A DNA stretch of 64,000 nt. Origin: Podarcis bocagei. Its lineage: Eukaryota. Within the stretch, counting starts at the first letter, position 1. Every line of letters begins with the position of its first letter. Positions 13,497 to 24,819 of this stretch are shown here, one piece after another. Position numbers and translations under genes: made by a program. The stretch lies in assembly GCA_964188305.1 (NCBI GenBank), contig OZ076887.1, one strand, 5' to 3'. Under the pieces are notes generated by a model. It saw nothing but the letters and a program-made list of their open reading frames with translations, was not told where the DNA came from and did no database searches.

Positions 13497-14899
13497 TAGG
13501 TTTTTTAATCATATCTAACCAATTCCACATGTGGAATAACTTCAGTCAGAGTTCCCCAGCCTCTTTGGACCAGGGGGCACATCTAGAAATCTTGGAATTG
13601 TTGTGGGCACTGTAAATTCCCATATTGCAGAAGAAACTGTCAGTGCTCAGAACACCTCCTGCCAGTGGCGAAAACATGCCACACACACCCTAAAACTGAC
13701 AAAAAAGCAAGTAACACTCTCCTTCAATAACACCCCAAAGCCAAAAAAAAACCCCCTCAGCCTCAAAAAATAATAATAATGGTTTAAGCACAGGGCCCAG
13801 GCAAGCTCTAAAGAGTTTGAGGATGTTGTGGTGCCCATGGGTGCCAGCTTAGGAGCTCAGGCTTAAGTAAAGTTCAAGATACTTAATATTTTATATTGTA
13901 CTTTGATATCTGAAATGATCATAAAATAGTATTCTAATATTAAATACTTAGTAAAATTTCTGTAGATTTACTAGAATAAAATTATTTTGCAGCATTTCTT
14001 AAACAGTCAATTTTTGGATTTTCCTGGGAAATGTATTCCATTATTCCCATATGTGGAAGTTTGTTGTGTGGGGATAGCGGTAGATAAATAATAGGTCAGA
14101 GAAGAGATATGAATGTGGAAGCGTGGTCTGGAACTATGAGGAAGGGGCAAGTTGCCATGCACATACATATTCTAAATCCCCTAAACATGGAAGATGTTAA
14201 GGTGCTGTCTTCATGTTTTATGTACTGCAGCTGCAAGGATGAAAGCTGAGTGTCTGGATTTTATGCCATGTACTTCCTAATGCATGTAAAAATAGCAGCG
14301 CCGCTCCCTGTTGCTGAAGAAAATGCTTCCCTTATCTGAAAATTTCTTTTTTGTAGGTATACAGCTGCATCCCTTTCTGTTTTGCTTGTTATAAATTGAG
14401 GAAGGCATTGCAGAGTTCAGTTGAGGCTTCCATTATAAGAGAATCTAATGTTATGTAAAATTGGATTGTAATGATATGAACAGGTTCTTGCCACTATCAG
14501 CATCTGTGTAACTTCTAAACAAATATGTAATTTGTACCATCCAAAGAAAGGAAAAAGAAAACTGTTGTTTCATAAAATAACTCTCTTTTTAATTTCTTGA
14601 AGAAATTAGTGACCTCTACATATCCTTCAGCTGGACTTCTAAAAAATGCAGAAAGCAATACTAGCAATAGCATTCCATTTTGTAGTGCAGTTGTGCTTGC
14701 TACTAGCCACAAAAAAATGGTACTAGCCCACCTGCCTAAACGTTCAAAAATAAATAAGGTCTGGCCTATCTCGTTCCTTCCCTGGGCTTATGTCTTGCAG
14801 AGAGAAGAATTTGAATATCCTCACAAGGATATCGCGTCATGACTCAGTCAGCACAACCCTCTGATAGAAAAGTTGCACATAGTGGCCATAAACCCACAG

Positions 14900-15240
14900 A
14901 AACGAAAACAGCAAGGAGTCCTGTTGCACCTCAGAGATAAAATACCTTCTTTATAGCAATAAGGTTTTGTGGACTAGTGTTCACTTTACCAGGTGCACAG
15001 AATGTTATCCATGGGTTGGCAGGTACATCTACACAATAGTCACAAATTGAAAGGAAATGCAATAAATTCCATGTTGGTTGGGTTAAGTCTTATGTATACA
15101 AAACAATTCATTATTATCACAAAAGTGTTGATTTTAAGTCCACAAAAGCTTTCACGATAATAAAGTTCTTGGACTCTTGTAATACGTTTAGAGACTATAT
15201 TTTTGCTGCCACAGGCTAACATGGGTGCTCCTCTGGAAAT
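14900..15240. mobile_element. Old, degraded Penelope-like pLTR remnants in opposite orientations
   Basis: Minus-strand ...agtccacaaaacctta...gaggtgcaacaggactcc (about 14910-15000) and plus-strand aagtccacaaaagctt...aataaa...caggctaacatgg (about 15136-15240) resemble decayed Penelope termini. The hammerhead GAAA has decayed to AAAA. Confidence 0.5.
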
Positions 15241-15649
15241 TGTGGAAGGCACCAGCTAAGCTTCATGGTGAATAATTTCTTCCCTTGGTATCAGTGGTAC
15301 TTGGTAGTGGTTAGCTCTTGCTGGATTAGTGCCAGCATGTGGGAACTACAGTATACAGTAATAAGGTACATATTCCAGTTATCTAAGCCAAACCATGAAT
15401 TAGCACAAAAATGTGAGCTTATTGGCTCTTGGAAGACATGATCGCAGCTGCTTTACTCCTTTTCACTTGTTTTGTTGTTGTGCTGCACTCAGCTAAGCTT
15501 AGTTCTGCCAGACAAACTGCAAGTTGTAACCCTAGGACAAACTTTGGTTACAGTTCGTGGTTAGTCTGGAGAGAGCTAAACCAGAATCCTGTACCTGGAT
15601 GTCACAGCAAGTCGTAGAATCATAGCAGGAGAAAACAAGCTTGCTTCAT

Positions 15650-16118
15650 TTTCCATGTGACAGCCCTTTAGGTATTTGAAGATGGCTATCATATCTCCTA
15701 TGGGATGTGGGTGGCACTGTGGTCTAAACCACTGAGCCTCTTGGGCTTGCCGATCAGAAGGTCAGAGGTTCGAATCCACGTGACGGGGTGAGTTCCCATT
15801 GCTCGGTCCCAGCTCCTGCCAACCTAGCAGTTCAAAAGCACACTAAAAAGTGCAAGTAGATAAATAGGTACCACTCCGGCGGGAAGGTAAACAGCATTTT
15901 CGTGTGGTGCTCTGGTTCGGTGTTCCGTTGTGCCAGAAACGGCTTAGTCGTGCTGGCCACATGACCCAGAAAAACTGTCTGCGGACAAATGCCGGCTCCC
16001 TCGGCCTGTAAAGCAAGATGAGCGGCACAACCCCAGAGTTGTCTGTGACTGGACTTAACTGTCAGGAGACCTTTACCTTTATCATATCTCCTCTCTCTCC
16101 TGTTTTCCAGGCTAAACA
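15650..16118 (-). mobile_element. Short CR1 ORF2 3' fragment split by a Sauria SINE
   Basis: Removing the SINE and one TSD copy gives a minus-strand sequence resembling FSLE.RR..GDMIAIFKYLKGCHME, the CR1 ORF2 C-terminal motif. Confidence 0.75.
15702..16079 (+). mobile_element. Sauria SINE, full length
   Basis: tRNA-like head (A box tggcactgtggt, B box ggttcgaatcc), body gtgcaagtagataaataggtacc, tail acctttaccttt. TSD tatcatatctcct at 15687-15699 and 16080-16092. Confidence 0.9.
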
Positions 16119-18310
16119 AGTCAGATCATGGCTTAGCTCAGCAGAAAAGAGGAACAAATTGGTTGCATTCTCCTGTCCAACAGCTTGCATGTTCTCACTA
16201 AGCTATAGTTTGGTTTAGCATGATGTGTGAATCAGGCTACTGTGCAGAAAAACCTCTGTTGATATATAATGCAGAAAATTATGCCGTTTAGTATCATCAT
16301 TTCTTTAATAGGAAGGGAGCACAAGCAATTGGAATGCCATTAAAAGTTCCTGGTTCGTGAAAGCATTTCATAAAAAGATTTAATACTACTACATAAATGC
16401 AAGGCTTTAGAAGTACAAATGCTTCAGTAGCTATTTTTTTCTGAGGCCTAGTTGTTAGGTTGCTGATGAATGGACAAATCTGTGTCTGGACTTGGAGACT
16501 GAGGGAGGAATTCAACACCAAGCTGTTAACAAATGTTCCATCTGTGCAGCATATCAGCTTGCCAGATGGAACGATCCCACCTTCCTTCTCCATGTGTTGT
16601 TCTGGGTTTCTCCTGACCCCCCCCCCTCCTGAGCTTATTTCAGGGGGTGCACAGGGGGAGTGGAGAAGCCCCTTGTACAAGCAGAAACCCTTGTGTAGAG
16701 CTTCAACTGATGGAGTTCATTAGGAGAATCCTGCTCTATATGTCTAGACAAGGCTTAGAACTATCCTCTCTGACACCTTTTGTAACATGTAGGATGTTAT
16801 TGTATGGAGGGAACAATTAATAGTTATTTATCTGAATATTATAGACTGTAGATATTATAGCTGTGTATAATATAAATAATTTTATAATATAAATATTATA
16901 AAATATTATAAAATAATAATACAAATAAGACAGAGTAAAATCATTTTCTTAATTTGGTTACCTCTTTAGTATTTTATTCTTGTTCTTTTTATTATAACAG
17001 CTTCTGTAAGCTTTGAAAATCAAGAAAACACATTTTTTGAAAAACAAACAAACCCCAAGTCTCCAAATAAGGAGTCCATACCTGAAATTCAGATAGTGCA
17101 GTCTAGGTTTATCATATCGTCTGCTGCTTTGAGAACTAGGATTATTTTTAGATGTAAGAAGGTAAATAGCAAACAATTTATGTTCAGCTGAGAGTTATGA
17201 TAATGGCTGAGATATTGTAGAGTACTAGAGATTGCTAGCAGTATGGTGGCGCTAAAGCATACTTCAAAAAATAGCAATTGTCTCCAGTTGATAGGTCCAG
17301 CAAAAGGCAAGCAATGTATAAATACTATTTTCCATCATGAAAATGTCACTGAGCTCTGGTATGAATAATGTAGGTTACCTTCAACAAAAATGTAGTGTAC
17401 CTATTCTTGATATACTTGTACATCACTTTACATAAAGCCATTAGTGTGCAAATATTTCTGGAACTGGAGTCCATTACCCTACCCTTTTTCTCTGTGACTT
17501 GAAAATTAACCTATTCATTTGCTTCATGGTGTCTTATTTGTTTCCTTACTGTTTGTTTCCTTGTATTTTGAAACTCAGTCAACAGCGTTTAAACTATTCT
17601 TTGCCTTAAAAGATGACACACAAGCTGTTGCTTTTTCCAGAATTGATAGCCCTGTTATTAAACACATACACAATGTCTGTCTTGCAATTTTGGTACCAGA
17701 ATATGAATATTTGAAAAATTCTATGGAGACTTAAAATTGAAACTAGCCTACCTTCTTAATGCTCAAAGTTGAAAATATCTCTGTCTGAACCATTTAAACT
17801 CTGCATCTTCCTTTTTTAGCTGGTCCTGAGATTTAATGGCTTCTCGGGGAAGCTGTAGCTTACTGAATTACTTCAAACAATCTAACTTCCAAGCAAATGG
17901 CACAAAAGTGCAGCATACTAACAATGCAGGTGTTGACTTAGCCTGCTGGTTTAATTTTTGTGATTTTTCCTCAAGGTAGATAATCTGTGCAAGTTGTTGG
18001 CACAGAGTGTTTGTACTACTTGAGTGGAATAAGCACATAGAAACTTTGAAGGTCTATGCTTGATTTTAATATTCAAACTGAGGCGTGTGTGTTCATTATG
18101 GCACTTAGAAATGTTATGTTTAATGCTCCTTTGTTTCACTTTGTGCTGTGGTAGGTAAATAGTATCACTGGGTTTCCTGCACACAGCAGCAGGCAAAGTG
18201 TTTGATTGAGAAGTAGGGTGGTGTAGGAGTTGGAAACTTCCATTGGCCCAGTTCTCTGAGGTAATCTGCTACGGTTACCTTGTTCAACCTACATTTTACT
18301 AGCCTTAATG

Positions 18311-19310
18311 GAATCAAGATACACTATGTCCACAGCATTCCCCTGATCCATCAAACTTGTAACTCCATAAAAAAGAAGAAATTAGATTTGTTTGGCATGA
18401 CTTATTTTTAAAAAACCCATGCTGGGTCTTAGTAATCACAGCATCCTTTGCTAAGTGCTCACAGATGGACTGTTTAATTATTTGTTCTAGGACTTTTTCT
18501 GGTATCGTTGTCAAGCTCACCAGTCTTAGTTACCCATGTCTTCTCCACACACACTCTTTTTGAAGATGGGGACAACATTTCCCCGCCTCCAGGCTGCAGG
18601 GACATCACCTATTCTCCATTAATTCTCAAAGATTATAGACAGAGGCTCTGAGATTAAATCCTCAAGCTCCTTTAGTATCATTGGGAGCAGCTCATTAAGT
18701 GCATCAGGTTGTTTACATTCATTTAAAGTAGCTAGGTCTTCCCTCACCACCTCTTTTCCTATCTTGCACTGCAGTTCCCTTATTGCATTGTTTATTCTGT
18801 TCTCACCAAGTTCAGCACTGCTTTCCTTTTGGGTGATGCCTCCCACTTTTCTTTCTTGTTGGAATTGTATGCATTTGTGCCTTCAGTATTTCACCTTTAA
18901 GAAACTTCCATCCATTTTTGGATTCCCTTAGCTTTGAGTATTTCTGACCATAGGAGTTCACCCAGTAGTTCCTTAAGCTTTTTGAAACTGGTCTTCTTAA
19001 AAGTCCAGACTGCATGTGTGACTACACTTAGCTTTCCCTTGCCTCTGCATCACAAAACCCAAGAGGATATGATCACTTCGTCAATTAGATCTTCTCTGTT
19101 GGTAAAGGCCAAGTGCAAGATAGATGGCTCCTTTGTTGCTTCTTCCTTCTTCTGGGAAATGAAATTATCTGTGAGGCAAGGGAGGAATTTGGTGGACCTT
19201 ACATTCTTGGCAGAGTTTGAGTTCCAAAAGATGGGGCAGTTGAAGTCTCCCATGACTCCAATATCTCTCCTTTTAAAGTGTTTGGTAATCTGTTGTTTAG
19301 TATGTTGAAT
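18311..19310 (-). mobile_element. CR1 LINE ORF2 fragment (endonuclease to RT start), frameshifted and internally deleted
   Basis: Minus-strand peptides VMGDFNCP..WNSNSAK...FL.CL.DNFISQ...LAFTNREDLI (APE endonuclease), GWKFLKGEILKAQ, and SLTTIPEKVLEQIIKQ...QHGF.KNKSCQTNLIS (RT). Confidence 0.92.
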
Positions 19311-19687
19311 ATTTGGTAATTTGTCTGAATCTGCTCCACAGTTCCTACTAGGAAAGTGATGGGAAGAATACAAGGTTGTTACCAAAGCCTTCTTACCCAG
19401 TAGAAGTACTTCTTGCCCAGTAACAGCCCTTGTGCTGCCTGATGAAATTTCAGAAGTCCATCTACATTTTCAATCTTAAATTATCTTTGGTTGTAAGGGT
19501 GAGAGATGAGTTTCATTTTAAAAGAAATGTTACAGAAGAAAGTCATGGAGATATTTACTGTAGTGGTTAAAATGGAAGCTCTGAATTAGAAGACAACATT
19601 GGTCTGTTTCAGAGAGAGAGGCTCCTCCAGTAGCGTTGAGACTAAGTAGTATATGTTTACTTGGAGAGTATATCTATTCCTTATTGG

Positions 19688-19904
19688 CAAAATAAAAAAA
19701 TTCCTTCCAGTAGCACCTTAAAGACCAACTAAGTTAGTTCTTGGTATGAGCTTTTGTGTGCATGCACACTTCTTTGGTATCTGAAGAAGTGTGCATGCAC
19801 ACGAAAGCTCATACCAAGAACTAACTTAGTTGGTCTTTAAGGTGCTACTGGAAGGAATTTTTTTATTTTGACTATGGCAGACCAACACGGCTACCTATCT
19901 GTAA
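19688..19904 (+). mobile_element. Penelope-like element pseudo-LTR fragment in inverted (foldback) arrangement
   Basis: About 87-bp inverted arms (19688-19774 and 19784-19870). Flanked by a 14-bp direct repeat ctattccttattgg (19674-19687 and 19905-19918). Contains a hammerhead motif and the tail ...cagaccaacacggctacc typical of vertebrate Penelope pLTRs. Confidence 0.85.
19774..19817 (+). ncRNA. Minimal type I hammerhead ribozyme (Penelope-associated, short stem III)
   Basis: Stem I ttggtat (19774-80) pairs with ataccaa (19811-17). Core CUGAAGA at 19781-87, palindromic stem II gtgtgcatgcacac at 19789-802, GAAA at 19803-06, palindromic AGCU in place of stem III. Predicted cleavage after C19810. 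Confidence 0.8.
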
Positions 19905-20305
19905 CTATTCCTTATTGGGTTTTGGTAGGGGATTAGTGTAATTGAACTGTTCTCTTCTGAACTATAACATTTCCCCACTTCAGCCTTTCAGATACAAATG
20001 GATTTGAACTATAGATACTAATGTTGTGTTGCTTGTTGTGGTGCTAGGTAGTGATACACCACATCTGTGGAGAGTTGTAACATTCAAGTGAAATAATTAG
20101 TCTTTCTGTCATGTGTCGCTGAAAAGTGTATTTATGAAGATGATTTGGCTACTTTTATTTTTCTCCAACAGAGCACAACTATTTACTTCAGCAGTTGTTT
20201 ACTTTTATTCTTGTTCTAGTCTGTCTCTCTCGCCCCTAAATAAAATAAACCGGTACTAACTACCAACAGGAATATTAAGCTCTCCTTTTTCCCCTCTTAC
20301 TCCAG

Positions 20306-20346
20306 GTCCAGCAAGACTATGAATCTCTGTTCCAAATGCTTTGCTG
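20306..20346 (+). CDS. ZFAND3: ZFAND3 coding exon 2 (41 nt), second half of the N-terminal A20-type zinc finger: (G)SSKTMNLCSKCFA(D)
   Basis: Polypyrimidine tract and acceptor tttttcccctcttactccAG, donor GTAAGT at 20347. Translation SSKTMNLCSKCFA matches the recalled vertebrate ZFAND3 sequence CPCGFWGSSKTMNLCSKCFADFQKKQ. It ends in phase 1 and joins exon 3 in frame (G+AT=Asp). Confidence 0.96.
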
Positions 20347-21918
20347 GTAAGTGGAATGTAAAGGTTTGGTTTTGAGATCTCTCTCTCTCTCTCTCCTTTT
20401 TAAAATAGGCAATCTAAAGCACATAGTTGGCATCCCCCTTGGAGTTTATGTGTGGGTGTCTGTTTCTTAGTGTGTGTGCATGAAATCAGATTCTCCTCAC
20501 TCCGGTGCTTCATTTATTTGCTCAAGTTTGTTGAAACAATCTCCAGTGTGTATAAAAGCAAGAGCCTCTTGCGTACAGGCACCAATCAAGCCTTCACTCA
20601 GCAAAGTTTACAGAACTCTGGAATGCCCTTGAACTAGACAACTCCTGTCAAAGCTACTCACATTAAGAGTTCAGATTGCAGTTTTAGAATTACTAGTTCA
20701 ATAGAGCAGGCTTTAATTATGTTAATTGGAACTAAGAATTGTGTTTGTAGCTCCAGTACTGGATGGGAAAATATTTCTGTTCCACCTGTAAGTCTCTAGC
20801 AATAGAAATATATTTAACTATATTGTCTAATGGTGGAAAATAACTCAATTTCCAACCTACAGCTTTGTTGCCTATAATCTCTTGTCACTATATAAAGTAC
20901 TTTTTACCGTGTTTCATTTTGTCCTCTCATAACAGTAGTCACTATTATCCGCGTTTTACAAATGGAGGGCAAAGGCAAAGAGACAGACAGATATTTGCTC
21001 AGACGTGTGCAATACTGCAGTTGAGCAAGATTGTGAATTCTGTTCTTGTTGGTCTCATCCAGCCCTCTGACTTCTTTAAGTCTGACCTCTAATTTGGAGC
21101 AGAGATTCTTAGTTCCCATGTTCTGCAGCCCTGTAACATTATAATCATATGACCAATGGAAATAAACCATTATAGAATTCTGTGGATTGACATACATAAT
21201 GTAATATATCTACAAGCTAAGTCACTCTTGGCAAGTCCCATTATGTAAAGTGGGGGAAAGAGTGGTGTAATTTAAAGAGCGGTTGTGAGGATAAATGAAT
21301 GAGATGAGTATTGTAAAACCTTTGAGTACACAAAATGCAGTCTGCAATAGAAGAAAGTAGTAATAGTAGTACCACCAATTGAATGAACAAAGCCCTTTGT
21401 TGTGCCTTTGCTGCTTTTAAGTTACTAGGCTGTTGTAACAAAGTGCTCTTGAGATATTTAGCTTTTGCTGCTCTTGTTACAGTATCAGAATTACAAGGTA
21501 GCACTATATTAGCAGGAACACTTTTGTAGATAAGTCTATAGTTGAATTTGGTTGTGTAATTACAAGTGTTGATTTTTAGAATGTTGAAGTATTTCAGAGG
21601 CATGCACAAGATATCAGCTGTTTCTCAAAGAAAGAAAATATGTCAAAGAACCATGACAGATTAAATATTAGGGTCATTGTTTTGTTTAAAATAGGCAGGA
21701 GCAGCAGAGACCATAGATTTCTATTGAGATATAACCACAGTTTTTATCTCTGCAGGAGATAGGCAACTTGGAGTATGCAAAGAGGAACATTCTATAAAAC
21801 CCCATCACCCAATATTGGATATTTTGTAGCAGAAACCATAAGCCTTAAAAATTTAGCTTTGGAACTAAAGCAAATTTTATGAAATGCACTTAATATTTAT
21901 TACTATTTATTAAAATAC

Positions 21919-22051
21919 CTCAGTTGGTAGAGCATGAGACTCTTAAGTCTCATGGTCATGGATTCAAGCCCCATGTTGGGGAAAAAGATTCCTTTATTTC
22001 AGGGGTTGGACTAGATGACCCTTGAGGTCTCTTCCAGCTGCGATTCTGTGA
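21919..22051 (+). mobile_element. tRNA-Lys-derived SINE with CR1-type 3' tail
   Basis: Head ctcagttggtagagcatgagactcttaa (tRNA-Lys CTT-like) with a degenerate B box, followed by the CR1 tail ggggttggactagatgaccctt...gattctgtga. Confidence 0.75.
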
Positions 22052-24421
22052 AATATATATCCCATCCTTCTTGCCAAAGAAGTCCAGGGTGGGTGTAGGC
22101 CACAGATGCTTATGCTACAATAAATTTGCCTACCTTTTAAAGCCCTACGGTATTCCTTTTCCAGCAAAACCAGATTCAGACGGACACCATTTTACATGTT
22201 GTCCATGTTTACATGTAACAATAAGTTATGAACCTTTACTTAATAAACTCTGCTAGTGTAGACAGCTGGATCACTTCCTATTTGCTCCTCCCTTCAGGCT
22301 AGTGAATAAACAAGCCACAAAAGGGTCGGCTTAGTGCTGTGTCCAAACCCAGGATTGTGGTCTTTTTTTTTACACTTATCAGAGAGTTAAGCATAAACGT
22401 TTAGTGCAAATATAAGGTGGCTGCCTAAATGCCAATTGTGTTCCATCATCATATTGTGTAAAAAGTCCTCTGATAGTATTATGACTGGCATTTTGCCTCT
22501 GAGACTTGAAAACAAGTTAATGTAGCACCCTGGGATTTTAGCCAGGCCACTTAAATAAGAAAAATGTTCAACTTTAATACAATGTAGAAGGTTAAAGGAA
22601 TGATGGGCTTTACTTCTCATATACTGAAACGCTCTAAAATGGGTATTTTTATAGTGCAATTTTTTCATGTTTACATTTAATTAGAATATTGCAAACTGAA
22701 TGTATAAAGGAAAACCTGAGAGTTCTTGATTTTCACTTCATTTTCTTTCTCTCTTTTTTTTAGAAAAAAGAAATCCACACAATGAAACAGGTTAGTAAAC
22801 CAACAAAATTAATTGAACTCCTGTAAAACAATTGTGCTATCCATGTCCATTGCACAGCCCAACACCCTTTGCTCCAGATCATAGAAATAAGAATGGAAAT
22901 ATGTAAATGATTAGGTCAAGTGAATTACACAAAAAGTGGTTGTTTTAATCCTTCATACTAATTTTTCCATATTTCACATTTATTGTGATCTCATACATCC
23001 TATGGGATTAGGGAATATGCCTAACTGTCCTGAGGGTTTGCTGTACAGCACTCACGGGACAATCTCTTAAGACTGGAGTAGGTAGGAAAAAGGAGAACTC
23101 AGGAAACTGGTTTCAGATTTTTGAAATGGCAAGTAATAAGCGACAAGATCAAAAGCTGCTTGGCAACCCCATTTAACTTGCTGTAAACAGTAGGGGCTCA
23201 GTATTCAAATAAAGGAAATAATGTAAAGTTTCACATAGAATTGGCTTAGAGTATTGGTGGCACAGGTGGTAAGGTTTTGATGTCTTGTTGCTGGAAGCCC
23301 CTGTTTGAGACCCTTCTCAACACCTACTAAATTGCTTAGTTGTGTCACTTTAATAAGGTCACTGGGCAGCTGGAGTGGCAGATCTTCTCGCCATAAACTG
23401 CTGACCTAAGAAGTTTACCTATTTTTTGGATAAACTTCCATACTGCCCTTCAGCCATATATCTCAGGGTGGTTCACAACATGAAAATACAAGATAAAAAA
23501 CACAAAATATATAATAAAAGCAGGAAGAAAAAACAACCAATCCCCACACTCCCCATTATTCTAATTTATTATGCTCACACAATTATAAAAATAAATCAGA
23601 GAATTGCAGTTGATACAGTTTCAGATTAGTGAATTGAACCTAAATCTTTGCCGTTACTCTTTTTACTTTATTGTCTTTTCCTTGTATTCATTGGGCACTA
23701 TCTGTTTTGCAGAACATGTATTTGTGCTTGTGTAATGGAACTTTCTGAGGTTCCCACAACCCTCCAGAACAGATTTGGGAAGGGCATGGGGTGTGATGGG
23801 GAGATAGGAGTTCTGTTGTTTGAGCGTCAATCTTTATGCTGACACAAGTTAGTTGGATACTGCCCACTGCAGCCTTCAGGTAAATATTTAGTCTTGTTTT
23901 GCATTAACTGAAGTACTGAACCTGATAGAGCAATTTGGTTACTACAACAGACACCCTACATAATAGTATGTAGAGACAGGGTGTGTGGAGTGATGGGAAA
24001 GTTTTAAATGTGCTGCCTGAGTTACTAAGCAATTGCCCCATACAGGCTCCCTGCATCTTGTAGGTTATCATAAAGGGGAAACAGATAAGAGTGCTATACT
24101 CTCCCCACCCCCAATTCTCCAAATCTGGACTCTTTAGCCCAACTACTTATGATGTGATGAACAACAATAAGGCTGAGAGAAATGTTTCTTTACTTTCCTT
24201 TACTCTGAAGGAATGGGAAGCGGAGGGGACAAGTGGAGATGACAAAAGACTTAAAAGGGAACAGACCTACTGTCTTTCCAAACTATTTCCGAGCCACAGC
24301 AGTAGATTCTGAAAAATATGCTAATGTGTTCATTGAAAATATTTTATAAATGTGATGGTTAATTAAGCAGCTTAAAGCTACTGCATCTCCAGCGGATCTT
24401 TTCTTTGTCAGTTGTTAATAG

Positions 24422-24424
<3 letters not shown>

Positions 24425-24460
<36 letters not shown>
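24425..24460. repeat. (AC)n microsatellite
   Basis: Seen directly. Confidence 0.95.
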
Positions 24461-24462
<2 letters not shown>

Positions 24463-24655
24463 TATCAATGTTTAATTGTTTTTTTTAATTTTTTTGTGTT
24501 TTTAACAGCTTTTTTTGCTGCAATCCACCTTAGATCTCTGTCAGGAAGAAAAGCAGGATATAAAGTGTTGTTGTTGTTTTGCTGCTACTACACCAACAAC
24601 AACACAGTTTTTTGACCACAGAGTAAGGAGAGGCATTTAAAGTAGAAACTGAGGG

Positions 24656-24819
24656 CAGTGACGTAGCGTGGGTTGTCAGCACCCGGGGCAAGGCAAGTAA
24701 TTTGCGCCCCCTAACCCGTGGATTTTAGCAGGGGGCAGAGAGCTGCGAGTGCGAGTGCCCCCCCAGATGTTGCGCCCGGTGCGGCCGGCCCCCCCTGCAC
24801 CCCCCACGCTATGCCACTG
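24656..24819. mobile_element. GC-rich hAT MITE, recent insertion
   Basis: TIR cagtgacgtagcgtggg / cccacgctatgccactg; perfect 8-bp TSD actgaggg; CpGs retained. Confidence 0.9.

Larger units (their letters stand above)
1..20305 (+). other. ZFAND3: 3' part of ZFAND3 intron 1
   Basis: No CpG island or exon 1 coding sequence (MGD...CPCGFWG) seen upstream of exon 2, so exon 1 is inferred to lie left of the window. Confidence 0.8.

Noticed and set aside
21919-21985. tRNA-Lys gene
   Set aside because: The 5' acceptor stem is missing, the T arm is degenerate and it runs into a CR1-like tail, so it is a SINE head.
24656-24819. Small CpG island
   Set aside because: It is a young hAT MITE with a perfect 8-bp TSD.
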